A DNA stretch of 64,000 nucleotides. Origin: Octopus sinensis (Eukaryota). Where the stretch lies: assembly GCF_006345805.1 (NCBI RefSeq), contig NC_042998.1, positions 57,536,001-57,600,000 of the forward strand. The letters run 5' to 3'. The notes beneath the pieces were generated by a model. The model worked only from the letters and a program-made list of their open reading frames with translations. It did not search any database and was not told the origin of the DNA. Made by a program: the position numbers and the translations under genes. Below are positions 23,676-37,690 of the stretch, one piece after another; positions within the stretch are counted from its first letter, which is position 1; every line of letters starts with the position of its first letter.

Positions 23676-25024
23676 TGGCTTTTGCTGTGGCAAGGACTGT
23701 CTAACACAGCTCTTACACCACATTGAAGATGTACTCAAAGCCTTGGGAACAGGTTCGAACTCTGATGTCATATATCTTGACTTCAGTAAAGCGTTCGACA
23801 GGGTAGACCATAATATCCTACTCTCAAAATTGGCAAATGTCGGAATCCGTGGAAAAGTTCTACACTGGATTAAGTATTTCCTGGCGAATAGAACACAACA
23901 TGTTGTAGTTGATGGAGTCCATTCAAGCCCAGCAAATGTCACCAGCGGTGTCCCCCAGGGGACTGTCTTGGGTCCGCTACTCTTCATAATTTAATAAACG
24001 ACCTTTCCAGTGTCGTACATTACTGCAAAGTAAAAATATTTGCTGATGACGCTAAGCTCCAGCAAATCGTCAATGAAAAAGCAGACCGAACTCAACTCCA
24101 GTCTGATCTATATGCTGTGAGTCAATGGGCAGACAGAAACAAAATGCAACTGAACAAGGGAAAATTTGAGCTGATGCATTTTGGAAGAAATTCCTCACTA
24201 AAACAGCCATACTCTCTTCCTTCACGGGAACCGCTCACAGCCTCTAAAATATCAGAGACCTGGGTGTAATTGTTGATGACGATCTCGGTTGGAGTGCACA
24301 CATCAACAAGAAGGTCGATATATCTCGTAGGATGAGTTCCTAGACCTTAAGAACTTACCGGTCCAGAGAACAAAGTTGGAGTGCACACATCAACAAGAAG
24401 GTCGATATATCTCGTAGGATGAGTTCCTAGACCTTAAGAACTTACCGGTCCAGAGAACAAAACATCTCGAGGATTGAATTACCCCAGAGGGCACTCACTA
24501 AACGAATTGAAGGCATGGTTGCTCTCGATTATTGGGATCGCCTTAAAGCCTTGAAACTCTACTCTCTCCAGCGTCGCCGTGAGCGGTATATCATTTGTAC
24601 GATGTGGAGAATATACTGCCAACTTTGCCCAAACGACCTGAACATAGCTTCAAGGTTCATCCAAGACTGGGACCACGGGCCATACGTCCCCTGCCCAAAT
24701 CAAGATCACAGCATACATGTACACTGCAACATAATTTCTTTTCCTCAACAGGCCCTGCCCAATTTAACAATGTCCCGAAAGAGATCAAAGAGGAAAAGGG
24801 TCCCATCAACTTTAAACGGAGTCTGGATAGATTCTTTCAAAGAATACCAGATAGTCACCCATAATTGGATACATCTCACCCAACAAGAACTCACTAGTTG
24901 AATGGACCATGAACAAAACTTGACTTCAACAGGATTCAAATAATCCTATCAGGTGGTGCTATTAAGTTAGACATGACCTGGACCAATCTTTGGTCGAAAC
25001 ATATCTAAGTTTATCTAAGTTTAT
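23676..25024 (+). mobile_element. 5'-truncated CR1-group LINE (RT to 3' tail)
   Basis: DVIYLDFSKAFDRVDH, SGVPQGTVLGPLLF, KIFADD, LDYWDRLKALKLYSLQRRRERY. Tail of repeated TATCTAAGTT. Stops and frameshifts present. Confidence 0.9.
24288..24461. repeat. Exact 87-bp tandem duplication inside the CR1-group LINE
   Basis: 24288-24374 is identical to 24375-24461. Confidence 0.95.
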
Positions 25025-25105
25025 CATATACATTACATACATACACACGCACACACACATATATATATATACATATATATTTACATACATGCATACATGG
25101 ATACA

Positions 25106-25191
<86 letters not shown>

Positions 25192-25193
25192 AT

Positions 25194-25230
<37 letters not shown>

Positions 25231-25231
<1 letters not shown>

Positions 25232-25455
25232 CTTTACTACCCACAAGGGGCTAAACACAGAGGGGACAAACAAGGACAGACAAACGGATTAAGTCGATTA
25301 TATCGACCCCAGTGCGTAACTGGTACTTTATTTATCGACCCCGAAAGGATGAAAGGCAAAGTCGACCTCGGCGGAATTTGAACTCAGAGCGTAACGGCAG
25401 ACGATATACGGCTACGCATTTCGCCCAGCGTGCTAACGTTTCTGCCAGCTCGCCG
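25231..25455 (-). mobile_element. Meta/MESC-like tRNA SINE, minus strand
   Basis: Reverse complement closely matches 30061-30292. Confidence 0.8.
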
Positions 25456-25462
25456 ATATATA

Positions 25463-26751
25463 CGAGGGACGTTCAATAAGTAATGCCTCTGACCCACTTG
25501 CAGTTGTTTGATCTAGCTGAAATTTTGCAGGTGCAATCATTTATATCTCTATAGAGTAAGTGGCAAATTACAACTCTGAATTAATTGTGGTTTCTGATTT
25601 ACAGGTGTTTGAACCGAGTCAAGTGTGAAATGGAGCCTGTTGAGTGTCGAGCAGTGATCCGGTTTTTGTATTTGAAAGGACGCACACCACGGGAGACTTT
25701 TGATGAAATGAAAGTAACTTATGGTGATGATGCCCCATCATATGACCTTGTAAAACGCTGGCATCGTGAATTCAAAGATGGTCGGAACTCTGTGGAAACA
25801 GCTCCCATATCTGCTCGCCCCTTCTGCCATTGATGAGGCATCTGTCCGTCAAGTTGAGGCTGCCATTTTGGAAGATCGACGCATAATTATTCGCAAATAG
25901 CCAATGAGGTCAAGATTAGTACCGGGTCTGTGGAAACTATCATTCATGACCATTTGCATATGCAAAAGGTGTCTGCCAGATGGATTCCCAGGTTGCTCAC
26001 GCCTTTCCAGAAGCAAGAACGCGTCGAGTGCTCGAGGGTGAATTTGGAGATGTGCCAAGAAGATGAGTCAAAATTTTTCAAAAGACTGATTACACAGGAT
26101 GAAACCTGGGTCCATCACGATGATCCAGAGACCAAAGCCCAGTCAATGCAGTGGCAGCACCGTGACTCACCCCCTCCAAAGAAGGCAAGGGTGCAGCCCT
26201 CCGCTGGCAAGGTCATGCTCACAGTCTTCTGGGACCAGGACGGAGTAGTGATGACAGATTTCCTGGCAAAGGGTACCACAATTGCAGGAGCCTATTATGC
26301 TTCACTTTTGAGGAAATTAAGAGAAGTTATCAAAATCAAGAGGCGGGGCAAGATCAGCAAAGACATTCTCCTCCTGCAGGACAACGCTCCGGTCCACAAC
26401 TGGCTTTTCGCCAGATCAGAAGCACAGGCGTATGGCTATGAACTCCTCCCGCATCCCCCTACTTTCCTGACCTTGCACTTTCTGATTTTCACCTCTTCCC
26501 AGCCATTAAGTTGTTTTTGAAAGGAAAGCGTTTCCCAGATGATGCAGCCTTGATTTCTGAAGTCACGTTCAGGTTGGAGGACCAAGCTGGGATCTTCTAC
26601 AAAAACGGTCTCCAGAGCTGCATCAAACAATGGGAGAAATGCGTAACTCTGGGTGGTTCCTATGTAGAAAAAGACTAATAACTGTGCCAAGTTTCGTTGC
26701 TCTACTGCTATGGGAAGTGGGTCAGGGGCATTACTTTTTGAACGCCCCTCG
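25463..26751 (+). mobile_element. Full-length mariner transposon (irritans-type termini), transposase disrupted
   Basis: TIRs CGAGGGACGTTCAATAAGTAATGCC / GGCATTACTTTTTGAACGCCCCTCG with TA on both sides, 1289 bp. WIPRLL, DETW, LLQDNAPVH and HPP motifs across frameshifted ORFs 25630-26677. Confidence 0.95.
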
Positions 26752-27575
26752 TATATATATATGTATATATATCGAGCGCGAGCCAATGATTAGAGAAAAT
26801 ATTAATTCTGGGTTGAAAGTGTGTGGGTGTATGTGTGTGTGAGTATACACACTCACTCACACAAACACACACACGCACACACATTCACACACATTCACAC
26901 ACATTCACACACACACACACATGTATGTATATACAAGTAAGTGGACAAACAAAAGAGAATGACACTCAACATATTAGGTGAGAGTCACATGTTCTATTCT
27001 TTGGAAAACCTGATTTTGCTGAATGCGAAACTTCAAGTTGCCCACGAAACTTCAAGTTGCATGCAACAGAATGAAACTGCTTTAAACAATAATCTATGTA
27101 TGTATGTATGTATGTATGTATGTATGTATGTATGTATGTATGTATGTATGTATGTATGTATGTATGTATGTATGTATGTGTGTACGTACGTACGTACTTA
27201 CGTATGTATGTATGTATGTATGTATGTATGTATATCATAATTATAATTATAATTAGGGTTCAGCTAATTGCTTCACAACATACCGAATTTCGAAATAGGA
27301 GTTAAAATTGGTAAAATTATTAATCAAACGATTGATCAATTAATTAATTTAACTGAAAAATTTTACCCTATTATTATTAATTTATATATAAATTATATAT
27401 ATATATATATAGGAAGATAGAGAGAAAGAGAGTGAGAGAGAGAGAGATGCATATATAGTTATATATGTACTTGTGCTTGTGTACATAAATATAAATATGT
27501 GTTTATTTGTCCTGTTTTCCATCTTATTTTTGTTGTTTACGTATTTCGTGTACTTTATTATTTATTATGTGTGTT

Positions 27576-27628
<53 letters not shown>

Positions 27629-27717
27629 CATACATACATACATATATACACACACACTCATACATACATATACATATATAGAGAGAGGTAGAGAGAGAAA
27701 GAGAGAGAGAAAGAGAT

Positions 27718-28070
27718 GCGCAGGAGTGGCTGTGTGGTAAGTATTTTGCTTACCAACCACATGGTTCAGCCTTCAGTCCCACTGCGTGACACCTTGGGCA
27801 TGTGTCTTCTACAATAGCCTTGGACCAACCAGCCTTGTGAGTGGATTTGTTAGACGGAAACTGAAAGAAGCCCGTCGTATATCTATATGTGTGTGTGTGT
27901 ATATGATAACTGATGTTGGTGTGCTTACGTCCCCGTTAACTAGCTGTTCGGCAAAGAGACCGATAGAATAAATACTAGGCTTACAAAAAATAAGTCCTGG
28001 GGCCGACTTGCTCGACTAAAGGCGGTGCTCCAGCATGGCCGCAATCAAAATGACTTAAACTAGTAAAAGA
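27718..28070 (+). mobile_element. Bipartite microsatellite-containing SINE (short spacer)
   Basis: Same halves as 47807-48275. Confidence 0.85.
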
Positions 28071-29139
28071 ATATATATATGTAAATGTGTTTAAATATAT
28101 ATATATATATGGAAATATATATGGATATATAAAAATATATGTATATATATATATTTTTATACAGACAGACATACACATATATGTATATATTGAAGCATGT
28201 AGACATGTGTGTATATATATGTGTGTGTGTGTGTGTGGAGAGAGAGAGAAGAGAGAGAGTGAGATGAGGACCTCCCATTTGGTACGGAATGATCGAATGC
28301 AATGACGTACGAAGTAGAACTCATTACAGAACACGTCCATAAATTAAACCTTTCTAGGGGAAGTAACTCTTCACGATTTTAAGGTTGTTTTTTCCCCCTA
28401 CTCACGAACGTTGGCGCTTGAAGTATTCTTTAGAATTATTCGCTATTATAGAAGCGGATTGTGATATACTGCTGTTATTTTAATTAAATTCCTGTCATTT
28501 TAAAACATTTATCTCACTGTTCCATGATTATTTCTAGCCCATAGGCAGCCTGTTTCCTCTCTCTTTTCAACAGTAACTACAATATTTCCACGGAGACTAA
28601 ATATAAGCACTTTTATTGAATTATTTATTTGACTAGATTATATGCTACCTGACACGCACTCAGACGCACACGCCATGCACACTGTCTTCTCTGTGTGATT
28701 GTGTTTATTTCTCACTAACTTTGTATACATTTGTAAGAATGTTTCGCGTGTTCATAGATACGTCATTGTTGTATAATCGGAGGAGGTTATATTTAGCAGA
28801 TTGATAAATTTCCGGTGAATCCATTATCAACTTTTGCTTCAATTATGTAACAACGTCATTTGTGAAATACACAAACCACGTCTTATGTCACGTAGCTTAC
28901 CAGAAGTCTCTGTTCAGCTATTTTAAAATTTTATTTTGTCTTGTCAGAATTAGAAAAGAATAGCAAATCCTCATATTTAACGACAGACTTCAAAATTTTG
29001 ATGTGCATTCGCTTACCAAATAGTTTAATTGGAATGATTAAAAATTCACCTGTTTTGCCACTAAATTAAAAACTTATGGTTTCGCCTAGAAAACGAAAAA
29101 GGAGCATTGACTCTACTCTGCTTTGTAAGCTTACAATTA

Positions 29140-29342
29140 TACAAACAGCCTTAGACAGAAAGTCGGCAAACCAGAAATTGCAGTCAAATTTTCTTCAACA
29201 CACGCACTGATGTCTTAAAATGGAAAAGGAGTATGGGATTATTGTAATCATACATAAACCTGAAAAGACTGCATGATCACGGATGGACTACATTTGATAA
29301 AAAGCTTAGTTTTTAAAGGTTGACAAGAGGCGATATAATACC

Positions 29343-29380
<38 letters not shown>
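29140..29380 (+). repeat. Old ~200-bp interspersed repeat ending in (AAC)n
   Basis: Core tagaaat.gcagccaaat..cacac..cgtcttaaa..taatgtagt.ctag recurs, diverged, at about 5573-5760 (-), 50535-50720, 61310-61480, 61790-61965 and 62370-62570 (-). Confidence 0.55.
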
Positions 29381-29715
29381 ACATGGCGTTTTGTTTTTCT
29401 TTTATGCTGTTTAATTCAATTAGAAACTAAATAGACAGTGGAAATATATGTGCATAATTTTCGTTTTTACACTTGAAGGAACATGGGAACACAGGTGCTG
29501 GTAAAAACTCTGAACAAAAAGGTAGCCATATATAAATGAGTTTAAGGAAATGTAAGCAATTATTCTAAAGGCTAGGTTGTTACCATATATACATACATAA
29601 ACACACACACACACATACAGACATATATATATATGTATGTATTCATACATACACACACACACACACACAACACACACATTATATATATATATATATACAT
29701 GTATGTGTGTGTGTG

Positions 29716-29761
<46 letters not shown>

Positions 29762-30060
29762 GTAAAGGATCGAATAGTTAGTTATCTATAATTACAATAA
29801 CCCCCAATGTCATACTTATACAATTGAAAATGAATATGTTATAATTATCACAATTTTAATAGCCAACGTATTCGTTCGATTATGAAAAAGATATCTCAAC
29901 CAATCATATTACAATACATACGGCATTTATCTCGCTTTCTGTCTGTCTAACTGTCTATCTGTCTCTATCTATCTAGTTATCGTTAGCAGGTCTCATGGGT
30001 AAGGTATTTAAATCTGAAGAGCCCCATTCACTTAGCTCTACGATAAGTGCCACCTCCAAA

Positions 30061-30292
30061 GGCGGTGGAGCTGGCAGAACCGTTAGCACGCCGGGCGAAA
30101 TGCATAGCCGTATTTCGTCTGCCGTTACTTTGTGAGTTCAAAATTCCGCCGAGGTCGACTTTGCCTCTTATCCTTTCGGGGTCGATAAATTAAGTACCAG
30201 TTACGCACTGGGGTCGATGTACTCGACTTAATCCATTTGTCTGCCCTTGTTTGTCCCCTCTATGTTTAGCCCCTTGTGGGTAATAAAAGAAA
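30061..30292 (+). mobile_element. tRNA-derived SINE with central GCCTYTYATCCTTTCGGGGTCGATAAA..AAGTACCAG domain (Meta/MESC-like)
   Basis: Box A TGGCAGAACCG, box B GAGTTCAAAATTCC. Close inverted copy at 25231-25455; decayed copies at 45-230, 7320-7532, 14185-14390 and 14400-14605. Confidence 0.8.
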
Positions 30293-31448
30293 GAGATAAG
30301 TCCCACCTCCATGAGCGATAATGCATGCTGATAAACAGTGTAATATTACCCTTCGTATAATCACAACCAACTTGCATACTCTGTTTCAGTTTGGCAGTTT
30401 TGAAGCCACAATGGCTGTTGTCACTCATATCCTAAAATACTTTCTCAATAACTAACTTTCTTTGCATTTTTCTTGTTTATTTCTTTCTGCGTGTGAGACT
30501 AAATCAATCGTTTTTAACCCGAGCTATTGGATCCCTTCGATGGCGTTGTGAACTCACAAAAAAGACAGCAAATTTTACTGGGGCACCATGAATGCAGGGA
30601 CCACGAGAAGGGCTATAGAGATGGCGTGAGCTTGAAGGGATAGGAATTTTTCTTGGTAATTTTTTTTATTCGGATATAACACTTGTTTTTTTTTTTAACA
30701 TATTTACAAAGGACCTTTGCGAGCTTCTTTCAATTTATTTTCCATAGCCTGTAATTCGCACGCTCTACATTTCTCCTTACACAATCCTGCCTAATAAATT
30801 TTAATATGATTTTAACTAATATTGAAAACGATTGAAAATATTAGAGAAGGACGAGGTAGGTTATGAATCGTCTGAGACTATTTCTTCATATTTCTATGAG
30901 ATATACCACGAGAAAATTAACCTTCTCATTGAAATATTTTCATAATCGGCTTTATCAATAGGAAAATGTATTTGTTTATTCAATAAGCTGACACAAGTTA
31001 TATCCCTTGAATATTTTCGATTACCTTCAGATGCTGTTCTGTCAATAAACAGATGTTAAATTAAGTATATCACTCGTTGCTTAGTTTATATTTTACTAAA
31101 TATGTTTTAGCTGTTCACCATAACATTCACTAGCGCGAGAATTCTTGTGTACAACAAGTGGTGCATTCAAATTATTGCTCTTTTTTCATAGATGTGAACT
31201 ATATATATAAAAAAAAACAGTCTAAAGGGAAGTAACTACATATTCCAAAGAATTTGGTCAGGCGTTTAGGATTTGGTTTTTAAGCATGTATACGAACCTA
31301 TGTGTGTGTTTGTGTGTGTGTGTGTGTGTGCGTTTGGCTCAAAATAAATGGACAAAGAGGAGTAACTGCGAGTGACCAGTAGCACATAGCGGGAAAACAA
31401 CGACGGATAGAAGTGTCTCAAGTATACATATCGTTCGTTATGTTTTGA

Positions 31449-31492
<44 letters not shown>

Positions 31493-31595
31493 CACACACA
31501 CACATTTGTGTGAGTGCGTGTATTGGTAGATGTATATATATATATATCTGTGTGTATGTGTGCGTATATATATATATATCTGTGTGTATGTGTGC

Positions 31596-31630
<35 letters not shown>

Positions 31631-31822
31631 CTCTTCTTCTATCATAAGTCCATGTCCAAACAATGGACATAAGATGAAATAAGAATAATAATAAAGGAGT
31701 GAAGAACAGATATTAAGAGAGTGTGTTTATTTGGCAAAATAAAAATACTACCGTCCCGAAATATAACAGTGTCTGCTTCAACACACGGTTTCACATCTGG
31801 AATCTTGCAACACAAATTCATA

Positions 31823-31991
31823 GGCGCAGAATTGGCTGTGTGGTATGTAGCTTGCTTACCAACCACATGGTTCCAGGTTCAGTCTCACTGCGGGACAACT
31901 TGGGCAAGTGTCTTCAACTATAGCCTCGGTTCGACTAAAGCCTTGTGAATGGATTTGGTAGACGGAAACTGAAGAAGCCCGTCGTATATAC

Positions 31992-32085
<94 letters not shown>

Positions 32086-32325
32086 TGTGTGCGCGCGCGC
32101 GTTTGTGTGTGTGTGTCTGTGTGTCTGTGTGTGTCCTCCCAACTTCGCTTGACAACCGATGGTGGTGTGTTTACGTCACCGTAACTTAGCGGTTCGGCCA
32201 AAAAGTTCGATAGAATAAATACTAGGCTTACAAGAAATAAGTCCTGGCGTCGATTTGCTCGACTAAAGGTAGTGCTCCAGCATGGTCGCAGTCAAATGAC
32301 TGGAACAAGTAAAAGAGTAAAAGAG
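31823..32325 (+). mobile_element. Bipartite microsatellite-containing SINE
   Basis: Same halves and tail as 47807-48275. Confidence 0.85.
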
Positions 32326-32344
32326 TGTGTGTATAAATATATGT

Positions 32345-32912
32345 GACCTTCATGAAGGAATGCTCCCAGTGACATCGTTGTATTTTTTTGCAAGTGAAAT
32401 TTTGTGTTTTTGTGATCATGTGTATGCTATGGTCTGCGATTTTGTCATGAAGAAGAACAAAGAGCCAATACTTGAAACGTTTAAGAGAGGACATTCGACG
32501 AAGGCGACCGGATTTGTAGAGCTCGAAGAACAGGAATCACGACAGTGCATCCTGTCATCGAGCTTTCGTCTCCCGAGGAACTCTTGCCGAAAACAACATG
32601 GCATAGTTTCCGCAGGTGGTAAATCTGAAAAAAAACATGGCATCAGATTTAGCACCTGCGGACTTCTGTCAGTTCCTCAAGATGAAATTGCAGCTCAAAG
32701 GTCACCATTTTGACACCGCTGTCGAGACCCAGATCAAATCACAGAATGTTCTCCACTCGCTCATGTAAAACGAGTTCCAGACCGGATTCTTAAAGCTGGG
32801 ATGGGTGTCCTGTTGTGCAAGGTGACTATTTCGAAGGAGATGATGTTAATACTGAGGTAAATGATTTTATATTAAACATAACTAGTCGTAGAGCTTTTTG
32901 ATACCACCTCGT
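32345..32912 (+). mobile_element. mariner 3' fragment
   Basis: LKRLREDIRRRRPDL, SDLAPADF, KMKLQLKGHHFD, GDYFEGD; right TIR-like end ..ACCACCTCG|TA. Confidence 0.75.
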
Positions 32913-32970
32913 ATCAGTGCGTCTATTTGTATAAGTATGTGTGTGTGTGTGTGTGTGTATGTGTGTGAGA

Positions 32971-33014
<44 letters not shown>

Positions 33015-33447
33015 AAGAAAGGAAGAAAGAAAGGAAGATAGGAACAGAGAGGTTACGTAAATAGCTATTCATAATTCCAACAATCACACTATAGGAGGAG
33101 ACCCCCTTCGGTCATGAATGACCATGGGATTGCACCTAGAAAGTAACCCTCCGAGGCACAAGTCCGTGTGTGTGTGTATGTGTTTGTCCTCCAACATCGC
33201 TTGACAACCGATGCTGGTGTGTTTACGTCCCCGTAACTTAGCGGTTCGGCAAAAAAGACCGATAGAATAAGTACTAGGCTTACAAAGAACAAGTCCTGGG
33301 GTCGATTTGCTCAACTAGAGGCGGTGCTCCAGCATGGCCGCAGTCAAATGACTGAAACAAGTAAAAGAGTAAAAGAGTATATATGTATATAACAGCTGGC
33401 TATAATCTCGTTATCGAATTTCACGTTCCCGATTATCACATAGGATA

Positions 33448-33758
33448 CTATGGAAGCACTCCGTCGATTACGGCGACGAGGGTTCCGGTTGATCCGTATC
33501 AACGGAACAGCCTGCTCGTGAAATTAACGTGTAAGTGGCTGAGCACTCCACAGACACGTGTACCCTTAGCGTAGTTCTCGGGGATATTCAGCGTGACACA
33601 GAGAGTGACAAAGCCGGCCCTTTGAAATACAGGTACAACAGAAACAGGAAGTAAGAGTGAGAGAAAGTTGTGGTGAAAGAGTACAGCAGGGATCACCACC
33701 ATCCCCTGCCGGAGCCTCGTGGAGCTTTAGGTGTTTTCGCTCAATAAACACTCACAAC
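33448..33758 (-). mobile_element. Same SINE family as 8176-8410, lacking the tRNA head
   Basis: Near-identical body (both give the MFIERKHLKLHEAPAGDGG pseudo-ORF). Confidence 0.8.
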
Positions 33759-34184
33759 GACATAGGATACTATGCACGTTTGGAAAAAACAATCGTAATA
33801 AATATTTCAACGAAGAAATCAGTGATACAACAAATCGACAAAAATTTACCTTCAACTCCCAAGACAGATCTGAATACAATGAAATTAAATTGCAACTCAA
33901 AGAAACAATTGTTATTAGATAAGAGGAATAATGGTGATGGAACAAGCGTCCTTAAAACACTTGGTGACTTCTCTGGCTACAATTCTAATTTTCACTCTAA
34001 TATCGTAGATAATCTGGATTTTACGCGAAACATTCATCATTACGGAATAGGAGAGCATAACTGAACTGAAAAATAAGGATGAATTGACGGTTAAAGACAC
34101 AGATGAAAGATCAACTGTTTATATTGATGGATACTGAATATATTTAGAAATTTTGTTTTATCTCTACTAGAAGACGATGCACGA

Positions 34185-34635
34185 GATCTTTTCGGTTTGA
34201 ACGGCGGTTCTTTCTAGCGGTATCATATGAAATTGTCACCCATAATTATGACCCTAGTATCGATCTATTGCATTTCTATCTGTTTTAGGGTTAGCGTTTG
34301 TTAGGGTTAGGGGTGGGGGGAAGGGTATCTTTTTTTCTTCACAAATGTAAATAAACCCAATCTGTTTCTTAAACGAGGGACATATTCATACGGCACAGAA
34401 TGTTTTTTTTTTTTTACCTCAATGGGCGTAATTGATTGGTTGAAAGTGCAGAAATTGAAGAAAAAAACAACAAATATCTTACAAACTATAGAATTTTCTC
34501 AATAAAGCCAAGAGAAAAAGATGTTTTATAAACACATTCTACCAGTATACGAAGTTTTAAATTTTTTAGTTACCTAGAAATTATGTTTTTAACATAACTG
34601 CCTAACAACAGTGTTGTACGTAAACCGAAAAGGAT
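34185..34635. mobile_element. Non-autonomous TIR element containing a TTAGGG/G-run block
   Basis: Ends GATCTTTTCGGTTTGAACGGC / CGTAAACCGAAAAGGAT. Internal blocks shared with 48503-49113. Confidence 0.7.
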
Positions 34636-35098
34636 TGATAAGTATATGATTACATAACTAAATATAAATGTAAAACTAGTCCAGACTTCCCTATGGCTTA
34701 CTCAAAACCTTACAAATTACAATAATAAGTGAAGCACAAAGATTACAATATATTCTCCAAACAAACCGTTTCATATTTGATGCCTACTACTAAAACTTAA
34801 AATTTGAGATGAGCACCAAATAGCCCCAGTTTATACAAATTTACCAGTGAGAAATATGAAAATTACGATGTGTAGAGATTCTTAAATGAAATGTGAAAAT
34901 TCTTCAAATCAATATTTAAGAGACAACTGGAGAAGATCTGCAGATAATGACTTCATTCTTTGGAATGAAAGCATAGAGGAAGTATATGAATTCGAAATAC
35001 AACTGAACATTCAGTTCGTATTTGAATAGACAAGAGAAACTACCATTTTTAAATGCTTTAAAAATGGAAGTCAACAAATTGAGACAGACATACGTTAC

Positions 35099-36422
35099 AG
35101 TTGTAGGGAATTAATAATAATGGTAACCCACTCTGAATTTAGTCGGTTCAGTCGAAGGTTCGAATGCGCCTGAGGGACTGAAACAAGAAATTGCAGTATA
35201 TCTGAGTGAAATACTTGTATGTAAGGCACAACAAAATTAAAAATTGCCTTCGATATAAAGTAAACATTGTTCAAAAGTAGATGTTCCTTGGTCAAAATTG
35301 CACATCGATTTCGCTGGTCCTTTAAATGGTTCTTACTACTCAGTGGTAGTTGATAGTTTTTTCGAAATGGCCTGAAATTCGCAAATGTAAAAACCCGACC
35401 TCCTTAACTGTGATTAATTCTTTTTCACGAATTGCTTGCAAGATTTGGCATCCGAGACAAGATAGTGTCTAAACAATGGAACATAATTTATGTCTAGTGA
35501 AATAAAAGAGAAATTGTGGAACGTTCACAGTGGAACAGATAACTACTGCGCCATACCATCCCAGATCTAAGAATCAGGCAGAACGCTTTGTCGGTACTTT
35601 CAAAAGAGCCCTAAGAAAGCCAGTTAAGGAAGACACAGATGAGGTAGTTCTACAACAGCTTTTAAGCGTGTACCGTGTGACACCAAATCCAAATACACCA
35701 GCAGGTAGCTCACAAGTGGAGCTGATGTTTGCAAGGAAAGTAAAATCAGTCTTTGATAAATTGCTGTCTGGCAGGAAAAGATAAGTGTCAGGGAACACAC
35801 AGCAAGATTCTTTAAAGATAGTGAAAAGGTGTGTATGAGGGCACGCAAGAATGGAAAGAAGAGTTGGGCAGATGGCGTAATTACCAAATGTTTAGGTAAA
35901 ATTATGTATTGGATAAAACGTAGAAAAGGCGTACGAAAGAGACAGGAACCAACTAAAAAAGAGATTCGGGGAAAGTGAACCAAAGAAGTTGGAAGAACGG
36001 ATGGAATGGTTTTACGATACGTTCCATGTACCAACGCCACTGTATGTGATTCACCCCAGGCGTAAAAGTGAGAGGAAAAGAACACATACAGAGTTCCTGA
36101 GAATAGATGCCAAACGCAAAAAGTATTAAATTGTACGACCCCCCCCCCCAACAAAAATGGAGGTGGAGTGATTAAAAAAAATATTGCTAAATAAAATGAC
36201 ACTTCCTAAGGAAAACTTAAAAGGGGAGATGTTGCAGGGAATTTACTAATAATAGTACACTCCTCCCATGTGATGAATAGAATGGCGTAGTCACTATAAG
36301 TAAAGAGATGTACGTGAAGTATCAGAGTACGTAGTAGGCGGTCAGAGATAGTCGAGTCTTTACTGGTACACGGTATACTGAAGTGGGCCTTATAACAATC
36401 CAACATTTTAAGGATTATAACA
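35099..36422 (+). mobile_element. Internally deleted Gypsy (Mag-like) LTR retrotransposon: integrase remnant, PPT, 3' LTR
   Basis: GTTAC direct repeats at 35094-35098 and 36423-36427. PWSKLHIDFAGP and ITTAPYHPRSKNQAERFV integrase motifs. PPT AAAAGGGGAGA followed by LTR TGTTG...AACA (36230-36422). Confidence 0.85.
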
Positions 36423-37289
36423 GTTACAAACACACTAACTCCAAGCAATAACTAATTGTTAATTCGTGTTATCCAAAACACAACAAAATAATTCTTTGCA
36501 ATTTAGCCAAAATGGTTGTGCCCCATACAAATACGCGCGATATACGACTCCAAGAACTTAAAGATGTACTCAGTGGCAGATATTATTTACCATCCTTAAT
36601 AGATGATGAGATACAACGAATCAAGGCAAGTGATGTCCACATGGTAAGAGAGGTAAATATGAAAATTGGAAGTTTTACCTTATGTTTTAACTTCCAATCT
36701 GAGCATCAACAAAGCCTAAAGTAGTATTTTTCAAAATGTGCCGATTGCAGAAAAAAGACGCCTGGATAAATTGAGTTCCACAAAGACATACAATTACAAA
36801 AAGTTGAAGACAAGCACAATGACTAATGATGATATTAGCAGATGTTGAATTATACTACAGTAAAAATGTGTGGGCAATTCAAATATGGACTCGTCTTCAC
36901 TAGTGTAAAGATTTAGAATTTCGCTTTAAGCAAAGATAGTATTCCAGAATAAAGAATGTTTACACCTGGTCTTATTCAGGATTTGGAGAAAATTATATGC
37001 GATAAGCTGGAATGCCATCAAGAAAAATGTGCTACTCATACAGAACAAATACTATCTATCAGGCACAGAAAAATATTTCTGTATGAACATATAAATATAT
37101 CTGCAACGAATAAGCGAGTAATTTTTAAAATATTTACATTGTATCAATGTAGAGAGGAAACATCTGAACAACACTGGAAAAGTAGATAAACCGATTTCAC
37201 TGAGAAATATAGACCTCACTTAAGGTGAATTAATTTTGGTTACGTGTCAATCTAATTTATTTCATTGACTTTTAGATAAATTTGATTAC

Positions 37290-37511
37290 TCTTTCTTTTA
37301 CTCTTTTACTTGTTTCAGTCATTTGACAGTGGCCATGCTGGAGCACCGCCTTTAGTCGAGCAAATCGACCACAGGACTTATTCTTTGGAAGCCTAGTACT
37401 TATTCTATCGGTCTCCTTGCCGAACCGCTAAGTTACGGTGACGTAAACACACCAGCATCGGTTGTCAAGCGATGTTGGGGGGACAAACACAGGCACACAA
37501 ACATACATACA

Positions 37512-37579
<68 letters not shown>

Positions 37580-37690
37580 CGAAGGGCTTCTTTCAGTTTC
37601 CGTCTACCAAATCCACTCACAAGGCTTTGGTGGGTCCAAGGCAATAGTAGCTTGTCCAAGCTACTTACCACACAGCTACTCCTACACCTA
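37290..37690 (-). mobile_element. Bipartite SINE, minus strand, internal deletion in the left half
   Basis: Reverse complement of the family. Further partial copies at 22338-22485, 33165-33378, 38140-38350, 39445-39540, 39775-40097, 41795-41915 and 42690-42900. Confidence 0.85.

Larger units (their letters stand above)
33790..37230 (+). mobile_element. Decayed Penelope-like element (RT + GIY-YIG region), interrupted by a MITE and a Gypsy element
   Basis: Remnants: KDELTVKDTD (cf. IIKPADKG), APVYTNL, WRRSADNDFILW, LPFL; after the Gypsy insert, KHTNSKQ..SCYPKH (cf. KPTD..SCHP) and RDIRLQELKDVL. Confidence 0.6.

Noticed and set aside
27005-27062. CTGATTTT-GC..GC-GAAACTTCAAGT with a duplicated CGAAACTTCAAGTTGC
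   Set aside because: No GA in the core and no stem I; only a 16-bp local duplication is supported.
34287-34325. TTAGGG repeats as interstitial telomere
   Set aside because: Only two or three degenerate units, inside a dispersed TIR element that is present twice in the window.
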